Source: a virus (lineage: Duplodnaviria > Caudoviricetes). Taken from it: a stretch of 59,104 bases of DNA. Where the stretch lies: positions 1 through 59,104 of the IMG/VR virus record IMGVR_UViG_3300036820_000020. One strand, 5' to 3'. Numbering within the stretch: position 1 is the first letter of the stretch; each line of letters begins with the position of its first letter. The position numbers were made by a program, and so were the translations under genes. Below, piece by piece: positions 9,199 to 18,671 of the stretch. The notes below the pieces were generated by a model. The model was not told the DNA's origin. It saw only the letters and a program-made list of their open reading frames with translations, and did not search any database.

Positions 9199-12076
9199 TA
9201 TCTATACCTACTTCCGCGATCCCTGTCCGAGTTGTCCAAGGAAATCGAGAGCTATTGGAGGAGACGGTCCGCAACCAGCTCGTATCTTAGCGATTATGGA
9301 GCGTCCCGGCCAGGACGAATCCAGGCACGGCAGAGTCGCCTGCGGCAAGGCCGGCCAGGAACTAGATGACTTGTATCTTCCCCTGGCTGGTCTGGACCGG
9401 TCCGAGATCCGGGTTTGCAACACTGTCCTGTGCGGCGAGCCGAATAATAAGAAACCGACTGGCAAGGAAATAGCCGGATGCGCCCCGTTCCATATCCCGC
9501 GGGAAATTGAACGGACGAATCCGGAAGTCATATTGCTTCTGGGAGCGTCCGCCTGCTCTCTTGTAACGAACGGCAAAGGGATCGATTTAGAAGCGGCGCA
9601 CGGGATACCCCAACCTACTAGCAAAGTTGGGGATCTGTTTGGCTGGCAAGGCGTGGTTGTACCTATGTTTCACCCCGCTCAAGGGTTGCATGAAGGCCGG
9701 TGGATGCAGACGGCCATGGAAGATTGGCGGAGACTAGGTGAGTTCTTTCAATTTGGAGACGACGGCGATCCGGAGATAGAACCGTATGACTATTCACTTG
9801 CTGAAGCCGTGGATATTGCGGGTGACATTGGAGCGTCAAGCAGAATCAGTATCGACACTGAAAGTCACGACGGTAAGCCTTGGTCTATACAATACAATCA
9901 AGCGTCTGGAATGGGCCGTATCGTTCTCGTTAAAGAAGCCGAAGCGCTATACCACTTACAGCGATTGGTGCGAGAAGCGGAGGAAGTGATCTTTCATAAC
10001 GCCTCGTACGACCTCGAAGTCCTACGAAAACTCGATATCCACGTTCGTTGTTACCGTGACACGATGCAAGAGGCTTTTCACTTAGGAAACCTGCCGCAAG
10101 GTCTCAAGCCGCTGGTCTACAGGCTCTTTCGTCACACCATGACTTCGTACAAAGAGACAGTCTGGCCGGCGTCTATCCTAAATCTACAGGAATGGATGTT
10201 CGAAGCGGTCCAGATAGCCGAATCCGACCTGTCGTTTAAAGAGCAGAAGAAGAAAAGCGTCAAGGTTCATAAAGGAGAATTGGAATCTCTTCTGACCAGG
10301 CTGTTGAGACTGGCGCGGCCACATTCGGATTACGATCCGTGGGATAGACTGGACGCTTTCTGGAAAGACCCTTTGAACTCCTGGATGGTATCGCATATGG
10401 AGAACCGGATAGGTAAATACCCTGTCTTAGGTATCGCCAATTGCAAGATGAAAGACGCGATCCGGTATGCTGTCGGAGATGCCGACTGGACAGGCAGAGC
10501 GGCTGTGGAACTGGCACGGCGGCGGCAGACTGCATTTCAGATTTACGATACAGACCGGGACAACCAGGACAACCGGGACAACCGGGACGGCCAAGACGTC
10601 CAGGACACGTTAAATCAATTGAAGCTGTTCGGAGGCGTCACACTTCCAGGCAAGCCCGACCTGGATAACATCCGGCGTCTGGACGCGATGATCATTCCAC
10701 AGTTAAATAGAATGTCTCGGATAGGAATAGGAATAGACGTTCCTTACCTCCAGGATCTCTCCAGCCAATTCGAAAAGGAAATGAAAGACCTGGAGTCTCA
10801 GATCTCTTCTTATATCCCCGCCTGGGCGCTCAATCAATTCTCTTCTCAGGCCGCCGTGATCGAGGAAGAGGAAGGACTAGCTGCTCTGAACGCTTCGAGC
10901 GCGGTACAGATCCGGACATTACTCTTCGATCTGTTGAAAGTCGGGCGCGACCAGAAGCTCAAATCAACTTCCACAGGCAAAGTGTCTACCGGACGAAAGA
11001 ATTTAGACAAGGTGAGAGACGATCACCCGGTCGTCCCACTGATTCTACAGTATCGGGAAAGACAGAAGCTGAAGGAATCGTTTTGTGACTCTTTGCCTGT
11101 ACTGGCAAAGCTTCACCCTGTCTCTAGTTGTTGTCCGATATGCGAACTTCCTCATCGTGTAGCGACTACACGGCTGCACACGGAATTCACGACCACCAGG
11201 GCTATCACTGGCAGGCTGTCCAGCCGCCGTCCCAACCTCCAGCAAATTCCTATCCGGTCCACTCTGGGCTCTCGTATCCGTGCCGCTTTCGTCGCGTCGC
11301 CGGGTACGAAACTGGTATCTGTAGACTTCTCTCAGATGGAAATCAGGGATCTCGCCCATCTTGCCAACGCCTGTTCTATCTTCAAAGTCTACGAGTCCGG
11401 CGGCGATATTCATGTCAACACAGCCGTCAAAGCGTTTGGCCTTAGAGACGCTTCGCAAGTCGATAAATACCGTCACCGCCTGCCCGCCAAACGAACGAAC
11501 TTCAGCATTCAGAACGGCACGACAGAGGAAGGCTTGTACGCTCAGTTGATCGGAGACTACTGGGCGGCTGGCATCACTCCCCCCGATTGGCTTAACAAGG
11601 ACTGGTGCAAGGAATTCATCGCTTCCTGGCACCAGGCCTATCCGGAAGTCCAACCCTACTTTGACACTCAGTATTACCGGGCTCGCCGGTACGGTTTCGT
11701 ATGGGGACCTTGGGGACGGGCAAGATATATACCGCAGATCCGCTCGACGCACTTCTGGAAAGTGGAAGAGGGACTGAGAGAAGCTCAGAACTTCGCTGTC
11801 ACTAATTCTAACGCGGAACAAACGAAACTGGCGATGGCGGAATGCGAGAGCGAGTTTGAGATTGTGAGAGAGAACGGCGTCTATTGCGAGGCGCTATTGT
11901 CTATTCATGACCAGGTGATAACGGAAGTAGACGAAGCATATGCTGATTTCATAGGTTCTCGAATGACTTACATCTTTGAGCATGTGATGGACGACCGGGT
12001 AACTAAGAAACGGATGTGGCGATGTCTGATCAAGGCGGACTGCGATATCCTGGACCGCTGGCACGCCAAGGAATAA
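9185..12076 (+). CDS. polA: Family A DNA polymerase with N-terminal family-4 UDG-like domain and 3'-5' exonuclease
   Basis: UDG: CxxC, ERPG..E...G...G.AG, HPA. Exo I IDTE, Exo II HNASYD, Exo III YAVGD. Polymerase: TGRLSS..PNLQQIP, motif A DFSQMEIR, motif B RxxxKxxNF, motif C HDQ. Confidence 0.92.
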   Translation: MPLPDIYTYFRDPCPSCPRKSRAIGGDGPQPARILAIMERPGQDESRHGRVACGKAGQELDDLYLPLAGLDRSEIRVCNTVLCGEPNNKKPTGKEIAGCAPFHIPREIERTNPEVILLLGASACSLVTNGKGIDLEAAHGIPQPTSKVGDLFGWQGVVVPMFHPAQGLHEGRWMQTAMEDWRRLGEFFQFGDDGDPEIEPYDYSLAEAVDIAGDIGASSRISIDTESHDGKPWSIQYNQASGMGRIVLVKEAEALYHLQRLVREAEEVIFHNASYDLEVLRKLDIHVRCYRDTMQEAFHLGNLPQGLKPLVYRLFRHTMTSYKETVWPASILNLQEWMFEAVQIAESDLSFKEQKKKSVKVHKGELESLLTRLLRLARPHSDYDPWDRLDAFWKDPLNSWMVSHMENRIGKYPVLGIANCKMKDAIRYAVGDADWTGRAAVELARRRQTAFQIYDTDRDNQDNRDNRDGQDVQDTLNQLKLFGGVTLPGKPDLDNIRRLDAMIIPQLNRMSRIGIGIDVPYLQDLSSQFEKEMKDLESQISSYIPAWALNQFSSQAAVIEEEEGLAALNASSAVQIRTLLFDLLKVGRDQKLKSTSTGKVSTGRKNLDKVRDDHPVVPLILQYRERQKLKESFCDSLPVLAKLHPVSSCCPICELPHRVATTRLHTEFTTTRAITGRLSSRRPNLQQIPIRSTLGSRIRAAFVASPGTKLVSVDFSQMEIRDLAHLANACSIFKVYESGGDIHVNTAVKAFGLRDASQVDKYRHRLPAKRTNFSIQNGTTEEGLYAQLIGDYWAAGITPPDWLNKDWCKEFIASWHQAYPEVQPYFDTQYYRARRYGFVWGPWGRARYIPQIRSTHFWKVEEGLREAQNFAVTNSNAEQTKLAMAECESEFEIVRENGVYCEALLSIHDQVITEVDEAYADFIGSRMTYIFEHVMDDRVTKKRMWRCLIKADCDILDRWHAKE
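11158..11170. promoter_or_regulatory. Palindromic site 2 TGTAG-CGA-CTACA
   Basis: Inside polA; extends to CGTGTAG..CTACACG. Confidence 0.7.
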
Positions 12077-12089
12077 AAAGGAAAATACA

Positions 12090-12494
12090 ATGGCTGATAC
12101 GAATACGAATACGAATAACGAAGAGAAGAGACCGCGGTTCACATCCGCGTCGAATTCTAAACTGCCGCTGGCTAGTAAAATACCAGACCGGGATATCTTC
12201 AACCGCGCCGTTATCTTACTGAAACGAAACACGGAGCTCAAAGCAAAGATCTCAGAAGCCGAAGAGGAACTGGGATCAAACAAAGAAGAACTGTCCGCCG
12301 TCTGCGAAGCTTTCAATCTGAAAGGGATCAAGTATGGACTCGACGGCTTCAGCTATGAAGGCTATATCACCCGCCAGACATTATCAAAAGAGCGGCTGCT
12401 GGCGCTGGGAGTGCCGGCGGAGACGATTGCGGAGGCGTATGTCGAAGGGCATCCGTTCCTCTCGACTAAAGTATTGAGATTCGATATGGAATAG
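12090..12494 (+). CDS. Hypothetical coiled-coil protein
   Basis: AAGGA RBS; last gene of the + block. Confidence 0.7.
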   Translation: MADTNTNTNNEEKRPRFTSASNSKLPLASKIPDRDIFNRAVILLKRNTELKAKISEAEEELGSNKEELSAVCEAFNLKGIKYGLDGFSYEGYITRQTLSKERLLALGVPAETIAEAYVEGHPFLSTKVLRFDME

Positions 12495-12510
12495 CCATCT
12501 GTAGCCGTAA

Positions 12511-12628
12511 CCGCCGCCAGCCGCCGCCAGCCGCCGCCAGCCGCCGCCAGCCGCCGCCAGCCGCCGCCAGCCGCCGCCAGCCGCCGCCAGCCGCCGCCAG
12601 CCGCCGCCAGCCGCCGCCAGCCGCCGCC
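12511..12628. repeat. (CCGCCGCCAG)x11 minisatellite plus a partial unit
   Basis: Perfect 10-bp units between the two convergent gene blocks. Confidence 0.97.
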
Positions 12629-12630
12629 GA

Positions 12631-12813
12631 TTACCGTCCTATGGATTTATCGAGCTTGTCCCGAAGCCGTTTGATCTCTTCACTCTGCTCCCGGACCCGC
12701 TGATCCAGAATACCGGCTGCAAACGCTAACCTCGCCACAAATAAAACTAAGGCAAGCAGGATACTGCTGTTGACAGCAAGAACAACTGTGATATCGGTGT
12801 TCACATTACTCAC
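12631..12813 (-). CDS. Small membrane protein (holin-like candidate)
   Basis: One hydrophobic helix followed by a charged coiled tail; last late gene. Confidence 0.5.
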   Translation of the reverse strand: MSNVNTDITVVLAVNSSILLALVLFVARLAFAAGILDQRVREQSEEIKRLRDKLDKSIGR

Positions 12814-12830
12814 GTGACTATTTGTCTGGT

Positions 12831-14279
12831 CTATTTGTCACTGGAGGTCTGGTCTGGTTCACTCATGCCTTCCAGCGCGCGCTCGCCAATTCCAGCGGTT
12901 TTTCCCAGTATAGGCTTCGATACATTGCCGGCATTACGGATAAGCCAGTTGCCCAGCCGTAAGCTCTTCTGCGCTCGCGTCAATGCAACCAGCCCCAGGT
13001 CCGCCGCGTTGCCCGTCATGGCAGCCGGAAGCATAGCGGCTATATCGGCCAGGCTGAATACACGATTTCGATCTTCTATCGGTATCCTGGCTATCATGGC
13101 ATGTTTGACCGGTATCAACTCCTGCATTTGTTTGTTAAGCGCCCGCACTTCCGGTCCCTGCGGTCCGATCGCCTGTTCGATACCGTTTTTCAATCCCAGA
13201 TACGCTTTGTTGGCCGCGGCTTCAGCAGCCGCGCCTTCACGATCCGGTCTTCCATACGCCCATGATCCCAACATGCCCAGATATTCCTTGGCGTTTTCAG
13301 CGACTCTGATATCTACCTTTGCGCCCCACGTACGGCGCAGCCCAGGGAGGCCGCGGAGAGAATACTGAAGAATATCGTATTTAAGCGCGTAGAATGCTCC
13401 CATAATTTTACTGCCTTCACCCGCGTACTTCAATTGTGTTACTTCCTGCCGGATCTCATTTCCGACATTGAGTAATACCTGGTTCAGATTGATAGTAGCG
13501 CTGCCGGGAGCGATCAAGGCGTTACGCGCGGTACGCAGTTCCGCCAGTTTTCCTTCCACCTGCTTAAGCGACTGGTCGAGATTGCCTTTCAACTTGAATT
13601 TGTCTAAGGTAGACCAACTGAACCCGTCTTTTACGTCGGTCGCTCGCGGCCGGATTGTAGACGCCTGAATCTTCCGGCCTACCAGTCCCAGGCCTTTTGT
13701 AATTACTGGTGTAATGATATTGATCGCGCCTGTAGTGGCGGCGGAACGAAGGCCCGAGCCGATATCGCCGGTCTGCGCGGTTGTGACACCGCCGACTTTG
13801 AAAGCGTCGGCGGCGGTCCGCGCGATTCTGGCTAATTTGGGACCTGCCGTTGCGGTGAGCGCCGCCGCGGCTTTCTCTTCTCCTGTTGGAAGAAAGAATT
13901 CTCCGGTTTGTTCCAATCCGAATCCAATATTTCCAGGCAACGTGGAAGGCGGTGTAATCAGCTTTTGTACGTTTGGCTGGTTTATGATACGTTTGGCTCC
14001 TGTAGCCCGCCGGATAATGTCGCCGCCGTGATATAAAGTTGACAGGGAGCCTGCAATTGCACCTTCCCCGAGTTCCAATCCGGTTTGACCAAACTCTGCA
14101 ATTCCCTTATACAATTTCTGGCCAAGTGTAGGTGGAGGCGATGAAGGTGATGGCTGCGATGTCTTCAGATACGATTTCACCGCTGATATGATCTGATCCT
14201 GTGTAGCCCCATCCGGAATATCCGCGGTAATAGTCCGCCGTTTACCGTCTATCTCGGCTTCGATTGTGCGTTGTGCCAT
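12831..14279 (-). CDS. Putative internal virion/ejection protein
   Basis: Ala/Gly-rich helical protein with an N-terminal 'T..IPDGATQDQI' motif, at the distal end of a podovirus-like virion operon. Confidence 0.55.
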   Translation of the reverse strand: MAQRTIEAEIDGKRRTITADIPDGATQDQIISAVKSYLKTSQPSPSSPPPTLGQKLYKGIAEFGQTGLELGEGAIAGSLSTLYHGGDIIRRATGAKRIINQPNVQKLITPPSTLPGNIGFGLEQTGEFFLPTGEEKAAAALTATAGPKLARIARTAADAFKVGGVTTAQTGDIGSGLRSAATTGAINIITPVITKGLGLVGRKIQASTIRPRATDVKDGFSWSTLDKFKLKGNLDQSLKQVEGKLAELRTARNALIAPGSATINLNQVLLNVGNEIRQEVTQLKYAGEGSKIMGAFYALKYDILQYSLRGLPGLRRTWGAKVDIRVAENAKEYLGMLGSWAYGRPDREGAAAEAAANKAYLGLKNGIEQAIGPQGPEVRALNKQMQELIPVKHAMIARIPIEDRNRVFSLADIAAMLPAAMTGNAADLGLVALTRAQKSLRLGNWLIRNAGNVSKPILGKTAGIGERALEGMSEPDQTSSDK

Positions 14280-14280
14280 G

Positions 14281-16266
14281 TCACTTCACACTGATGATCC
14301 TGATTTGCGGTTCGGCGGGTCCTTGTCCTTGTCTTCCCGCTATCGGCGTAACCGGCGTAACCGGAATCTCCTGGTACTGATTTCCATAAAGCTCAGGTAC
14401 TAGCGGCTGCGAAATATTCTTTAACAAATCCCGCGCTTCGTCCCGTCTCCCGCCTACTGTCTGCTGCGCTTCCGTCCGGATCTGATCTATTGTCGCCTGT
14501 GCATTTTTTTTGGTCAGTCCATTTGATATCAACAGACTGGCGTCTCTCAAAGCTTCCGGAGATGTTCCCGCCCGTGAAAGTGTGGCGCCGCCGATGATAC
14601 GAGCGTACCCGTTACGCACCGCCGCCAGAGCAAGTCCGTACTGCGTAGCCGTATCGGACAATCCTTTCACGTCAAAATTGGTTGCACCAGAAAAAAGCCA
14701 TTTGTTCAACACCTTTACTTCCGAGTCGGGAAGCCGGTCGCGCAATCCGGTCAATACCCTGCCATAGCGGTCTAGATCGTTTGAGAACGCCTGATAACCG
14801 GCGAGCTGTGTGTTTACCAGGTCGTACGCCTGCCGATCCGCTTTCCGCCGTTCGCCGCGCGCGTTCAGTTCTTCTACGGGTAGACCGGTGATCTCACTTA
14901 TTGTGTTTATGCCATCATTGGCTTGAAATCGCAGGATATTGCCGCCGATACCCGCGGTGACCACGCCAGCCATTACATTGATCGCTGTCTGTACCGATTG
15001 CTTTTGCTTCGGATTGAGCCTATCGATAGGCCGCTGGCCCGCGACAGCCGGAGCAACCGGTCCGCCTTGGCCGGGAATGCCCATCAACTCTACAACATTG
15101 CGTTCCGCGCGGGACTGCATCCCGAGTTTTTCATTTTTGATAAAAGCCTGTGCCGCTTCTACCTCCGCCGGACTGTGTTTGCTTGGATTGTCCGCGATCT
15201 CATGCGCCTCTCTAGATTGTTCGAGAGTGCCTTTCTCGCCGCTCGGAGCGGCTGGTTCTTTAGGCTTGTAACCTTTGGACAGGAGATCCAAGCCGGAGAC
15301 TTCCGCGCCAGTCAGCGTATCATAAAGTTTGCGCGTGCCTGGACTTCGATAAAGCGATATGGATTCACCGTTAGGCGCGGTGAATTCCACTTTCTCCGTA
15401 GATCCGGACTGTGGTGGTTGTTCTTTAGCTATTTGCGCGTCTACGGCATTGATAAGATCCTGTCCTGTCTTACCTTCCTTTTTGAAATGTTCCGTCCAAT
15501 AATCCTCAGTATCCTGGCGCTTCAGATTTTCAGCGGCGCGCGCCTGCTTGGCTTCCAGTTCAAGTCTGGCTGTTTGCTGTTGTACCGCGGCTCGCGTTTC
15601 CATTTCGGATTTAAAAGCAGCCTGTTTTTGCGCGCGCTCGTCTTGTTCCGCCTGATTGAGAAACATGCCCGCGCGTTGCGGTCCGGAAGGACCTTGGACA
15701 CGCTGTGGACCGAGAACTCTTCCGGCCTCGCCAGGAATGTTTGAAGGCAGCTCGCCAGCCGTGCCGGGCTCGCCTGGCCTCGGCTGTTGTCCGGCAGATT
15801 GTAAAGCCTGCTGGATCGCCTGTCCCTGCTGCTGCTCTTTGCCGCTTGGACGATTGGCCCCGATCCCGGCTACGCTTTCCGCCTGCCTGCCCGCGCCAGA
15901 CAACGCGCTCAGGATACCGTGCGACAGCCATTGCAGATCGTCTTTGCCGCTTTTGCCTTTACCGCCGCCGCCACTGCCACTGCCGCCGCTTTTACCCGTC
16001 CCAGTCAATCCAGGTGTCCCTGCAAGTGTCCCTGCAATCCCGGCGCTTTTGCCGCTTTGACCCTGGCCGCCCTGTCCAATCAAAACCCCCATCCCTACTT
16101 GTAAAGCCATCTGCTGCGCGGTATTCCGGACTTCAGGCGCCGCGTCCTGATTTTTGGCCAGACCGCTCAGGCCTGTGATGAGAGCGGTTTGTCTGTCCTG
16201 TTCCGCCTGGGATTTCTGGCGTTCGTAATTCATCTTCATCCCAAGCAGAGTAGTAAGCAGCCCCAT
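14281..16266 (-). CDS. Putative internal virion/ejection protein
   Basis: Gly/Gln-rich 661-aa ORF; GAGGGA RBS; position in operon. Confidence 0.55.
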   Translation of the reverse strand: MGLLTTLLGMKMNYERQKSQAEQDRQTALITGLSGLAKNQDAAPEVRNTAQQMALQVGMGVLIGQGGQGQSGKSAGIAGTLAGTPGLTGTGKSGGSGSGGGGKGKSGKDDLQWLSHGILSALSGAGRQAESVAGIGANRPSGKEQQQGQAIQQALQSAGQQPRPGEPGTAGELPSNIPGEAGRVLGPQRVQGPSGPQRAGMFLNQAEQDERAQKQAAFKSEMETRAAVQQQTARLELEAKQARAAENLKRQDTEDYWTEHFKKEGKTGQDLINAVDAQIAKEQPPQSGSTEKVEFTAPNGESISLYRSPGTRKLYDTLTGAEVSGLDLLSKGYKPKEPAAPSGEKGTLEQSREAHEIADNPSKHSPAEVEAAQAFIKNEKLGMQSRAERNVVELMGIPGQGGPVAPAVAGQRPIDRLNPKQKQSVQTAINVMAGVVTAGIGGNILRFQANDGINTISEITGLPVEELNARGERRKADRQAYDLVNTQLAGYQAFSNDLDRYGRVLTGLRDRLPDSEVKVLNKWLFSGATNFDVKGLSDTATQYGLALAAVRNGYARIIGGATLSRAGTSPEALRDASLLISNGLTKKNAQATIDQIRTEAQQTVGGRRDEARDLLKNISQPLVPELYGNQYQEIPVTPVTPIAGRQGQGPAEPQIRIISVK

Positions 16267-16307
16267 AGAAATCCCTCAGATTAAACTATTAATTAAACTA
16301 TTAATTG

Positions 16308-16565
16308 TTACCTGCGTTTTCCCCTCATACTCATCCCGCGCTGCTGGCCGCGAGTCAACACACGCTCTCCCTTGTGAACACGGGCCAATCCGGTTTTTCT
16401 TACCTTGCCGCCGTGCTTGTACTGCGGGATATCGTCCGGATTCGTTCCTGCCGGTTGTTCCGGCTTTTTCTTCTTTCGTCTGCCGCCGTCTCCCTTGCCG
16501 CCGTCTCCCCCGCCGCGGCTCGCGTACTGGATACCGGCTGTGGCTACGTCTGTCAATAATCCCAT
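16308..16565 (-). CDS. Small basic virion-module protein
   Basis: YKHGGKVRKTGLARVHKGERVL motif; Arg/Lys-rich. Confidence 0.65.
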   Translation of the reverse strand: MGLLTDVATAGIQYASRGGGDGGKGDGGRRKKKKPEQPAGTNPDDIPQYKHGGKVRKTGLARVHKGERVLTRGQQRGMSMRGKRR

Positions 16566-16590
16566 TTCGAAACCGCCTTTGCTCTTGCTT

Positions 16591-17217
16591 TTATAAGAGC
16601 GCGCTCAACAACTGCTCCATCTGCGGATAATTCAATCCCTGTTTGCCTAAAGCTATATTCGCCGCTTCCTGTTCAAGGCCTGTTCCAACCTGTTCCTGGC
16701 CGAGACCCACGCCGGCCTCTCCCAGTCCAACACCCGCGAGCTGCGTAGAGAGATTACCGAGTTGACTGGCAGCCTGCGACTGCAAACCCGCTTCGACATT
16801 CCCTACGGCTGTCGCCTGCTGGAACGGAGCTTCGGCTAAAGCACTTGCCTTTCCGCCGCCTCTTGGCTGCTGCGAGATCAAATTCCTTACAGCGTCGAAC
16901 TGTTGCGAAATTTGGTCGATCTCAGGCTGCGCGGCCTGAGTCAGACTGGCCTGGTTGCCTTGCGTTAATTGCGTCAGGTAATTGAGAGCGGGCGCCGCGG
17001 CGGTAACGCCGGACTGAGTTTGCGCGAGGCCGCCGGTAGTAGTTCCGAGGCCGGCTCCTAAAATCCCCTGTCCCTGCCCGCCTGTCAGACCAAGCAGACC
17101 GTAGATCGACTGGTCTAATCCGGTCGCGCTGCCGCCAGGGGCGCTGGCGGTAGCGGTACTGAAAGTCGATCCGGCTGGATTCGACAGGCTGGATAACGGA
17201 TTAGGAAGCGTGCTCAC
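16591..17217 (-). CDS. Putative DNA-transfer/pilot protein
   Basis: G/A/Q/L-rich helical protein typical of ejection proteins. Confidence 0.5.
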   Translation of the reverse strand: MSTLPNPLSSLSNPAGSTFSTATASAPGGSATGLDQSIYGLLGLTGGQGQGILGAGLGTTTGGLAQTQSGVTAAAPALNYLTQLTQGNQASLTQAAQPEIDQISQQFDAVRNLISQQPRGGGKASALAEAPFQQATAVGNVEAGLQSQAASQLGNLSTQLAGVGLGEAGVGLGQEQVGTGLEQEAANIALGKQGLNYPQMEQLLSALL

Positions 17218-17271
17218 ATTCTCTTCCTTAAGATCTTCCTTAAGATCTTCCTTCGGCTCTTCCTTTTACTC

Positions 17272-17637
17272 TTACGCCCCCGCCACCTCTACGTTGAAAG
17301 TACTGGCGGACGCTACAAACACTTCTAGGTCTCCAACGGATGAATGAGCGCCAGTGACAGACGACCGATACGTTCTCGACTGGCCGGTCTGAAGCTGGTA
17401 GCCGTAGTTCGATGACGACAGCGGGCCGGCCAGGTTTTGACGGCCTATATAAAGCACTTCAGCGCCGCCGTTGTAAAGTGTGAGTTCATAAGCGGCGCCT
17501 GGACAGTTCGGATCGAGCTGCGTCTGGATAAGAGACAGCAACTGCTGAGGAGCGGCGGACTGGCCGCTCGAAATCGTAATCGTGCCGGCTACATAGCCAG
17601 TTGGTAATAGCGGGGTCCCGGTTGCGTATGCGCCCAT
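17272..17637 (-). CDS. Virion structural protein (hypothetical)
   Basis: Strong AAGGA RBS; beta-rich S/T/G composition. Confidence 0.6.
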   Translation of the reverse strand: MGAYATGTPLLPTGYVAGTITISSGQSAAPQQLLSLIQTQLDPNCPGAAYELTLYNGGAEVLYIGRQNLAGPLSSSNYGYQLQTGQSRTYRSSVTGAHSSVGDLEVFVASASTFNVEVAGA

Positions 17638-17681
17638 TCAAAAATCCTTTCCTTTCAGTTTCCTTTCGGTTTCCTTTCATT

Positions 17682-18665
17682 TTACTGCATTCCATATAAT
17701 GTGAACTGGCTGCCGGCTACGAAATCGGCGCCGCTGACCAGTCCGATTAGCATCGAAGTGATCGCGTTCGTCGATCCGAAGTAATCCCAGTACCAATTGT
17801 AAGTAAGGATGCTGTTGACACCGCCCGCTCCGCTCGATCCGGTGGCTGTTTTTATCCAAGTGGAACCAGAGTAATCCGCAAATACAAAGGAATTGATACC
17901 AATAAATCCGCTAGACGCATGAGCATTAGTGGCCAGTCCAAACCCTGGCTTGGCCACGCCAGTTGTATAGCCGCCACTGGTCGAACCGGAACTGGATCGG
18001 GTATACACCTGGTCGTATACGGTTCCGGTGTCGCCGTTGACCTGAATCCAGGCGTAATCGATATAAAGACTGCCGATATCGCTAGTAGAGGCGCTCCGCA
18101 GATTCATTGTCAAAAGGAGATTCGTATAGCTTTGCGAGATAGAAGAGAAAGCGACGGTCGCGGCGTTGCTTCCAAGAGTGGTCTGGTCTAATTGGACCAA
18201 CGCGCCGCCGCCGGACGGACCGCCTGTCACAACGATAGTACCGGCTGTGGTAATAGGTGAGCCAGTGACGGTGAAACCAGCGGGCATTGTTAAAGCGACG
18301 GAGGTAACAGTTCCGCTGCCGCCACCGCCGCCGCTGGCCTTCGCCCATTTGTTAAAAGCGTAGCAGTACCAGAAATCGCCGGACGGATCGACCGCGACCT
18401 GGCCGGGTTTGCCTGGACTGGTCAGAAGAGCCGGCGTGGGGACTAATTGGACGGCATTTGCGGAGAGAGATTGCAGGAGATTGGCTTGCTGCCGCCCAAA
18501 GGAATTAGAAGCAGAGCCGGTCTGTCCCGCGGCGGTCTGTCCCGCCTGCCCTGCCTCTAATACCGACAGTCTTCCCTCGTCCTGCTGCGCCCACTGAGTC
18601 AGAGTGGAGAGCTGCCGGTTCACTTCGATCGGAATGCGCGTGTTGACCGGGAGCTTTCGAGCCAT
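17682..18665 (-). CDS. Tail fibre-like protein
   Basis: PGKPGQVAVD...YCYA.NKW, GGGGSGTVTSVAL.MP.GFTVTGSPIT, and C-terminal GSQFTLYG motifs common in phage fibres. Confidence 0.65.
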   Translation of the reverse strand: MARKLPVNTRIPIEVNRQLSTLTQWAQQDEGRLSVLEAGQAGQTAAGQTGSASNSFGRQQANLLQSLSANAVQLVPTPALLTSPGKPGQVAVDPSGDFWYCYAFNKWAKASGGGGGSGTVTSVALTMPAGFTVTGSPITTAGTIVVTGGPSGGGALVQLDQTTLGSNAATVAFSSISQSYTNLLLTMNLRSASTSDIGSLYIDYAWIQVNGDTGTVYDQVYTRSSSGSTSGGYTTGVAKPGFGLATNAHASSGFIGINSFVFADYSGSTWIKTATGSSGAGGVNSILTYNWYWDYFGSTNAITSMLIGLVSGADFVAGSQFTLYGMQ

Positions 18666-18671
18666 TAGAAA

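Noticed and set aside
12511-12628. Chi-site array (GCTGGCGG versus E. coli GCTGGTGG)
   Set aside because: Only a 7/8 match and the host Chi is unknown, so it cannot be supported.
11045-16178. Long antisense ORFs (11045-11821, 12814-13368, 14923-15744)
   Set aside because: They lie opposite well-supported genes in a GC-rich genome and show no motifs.
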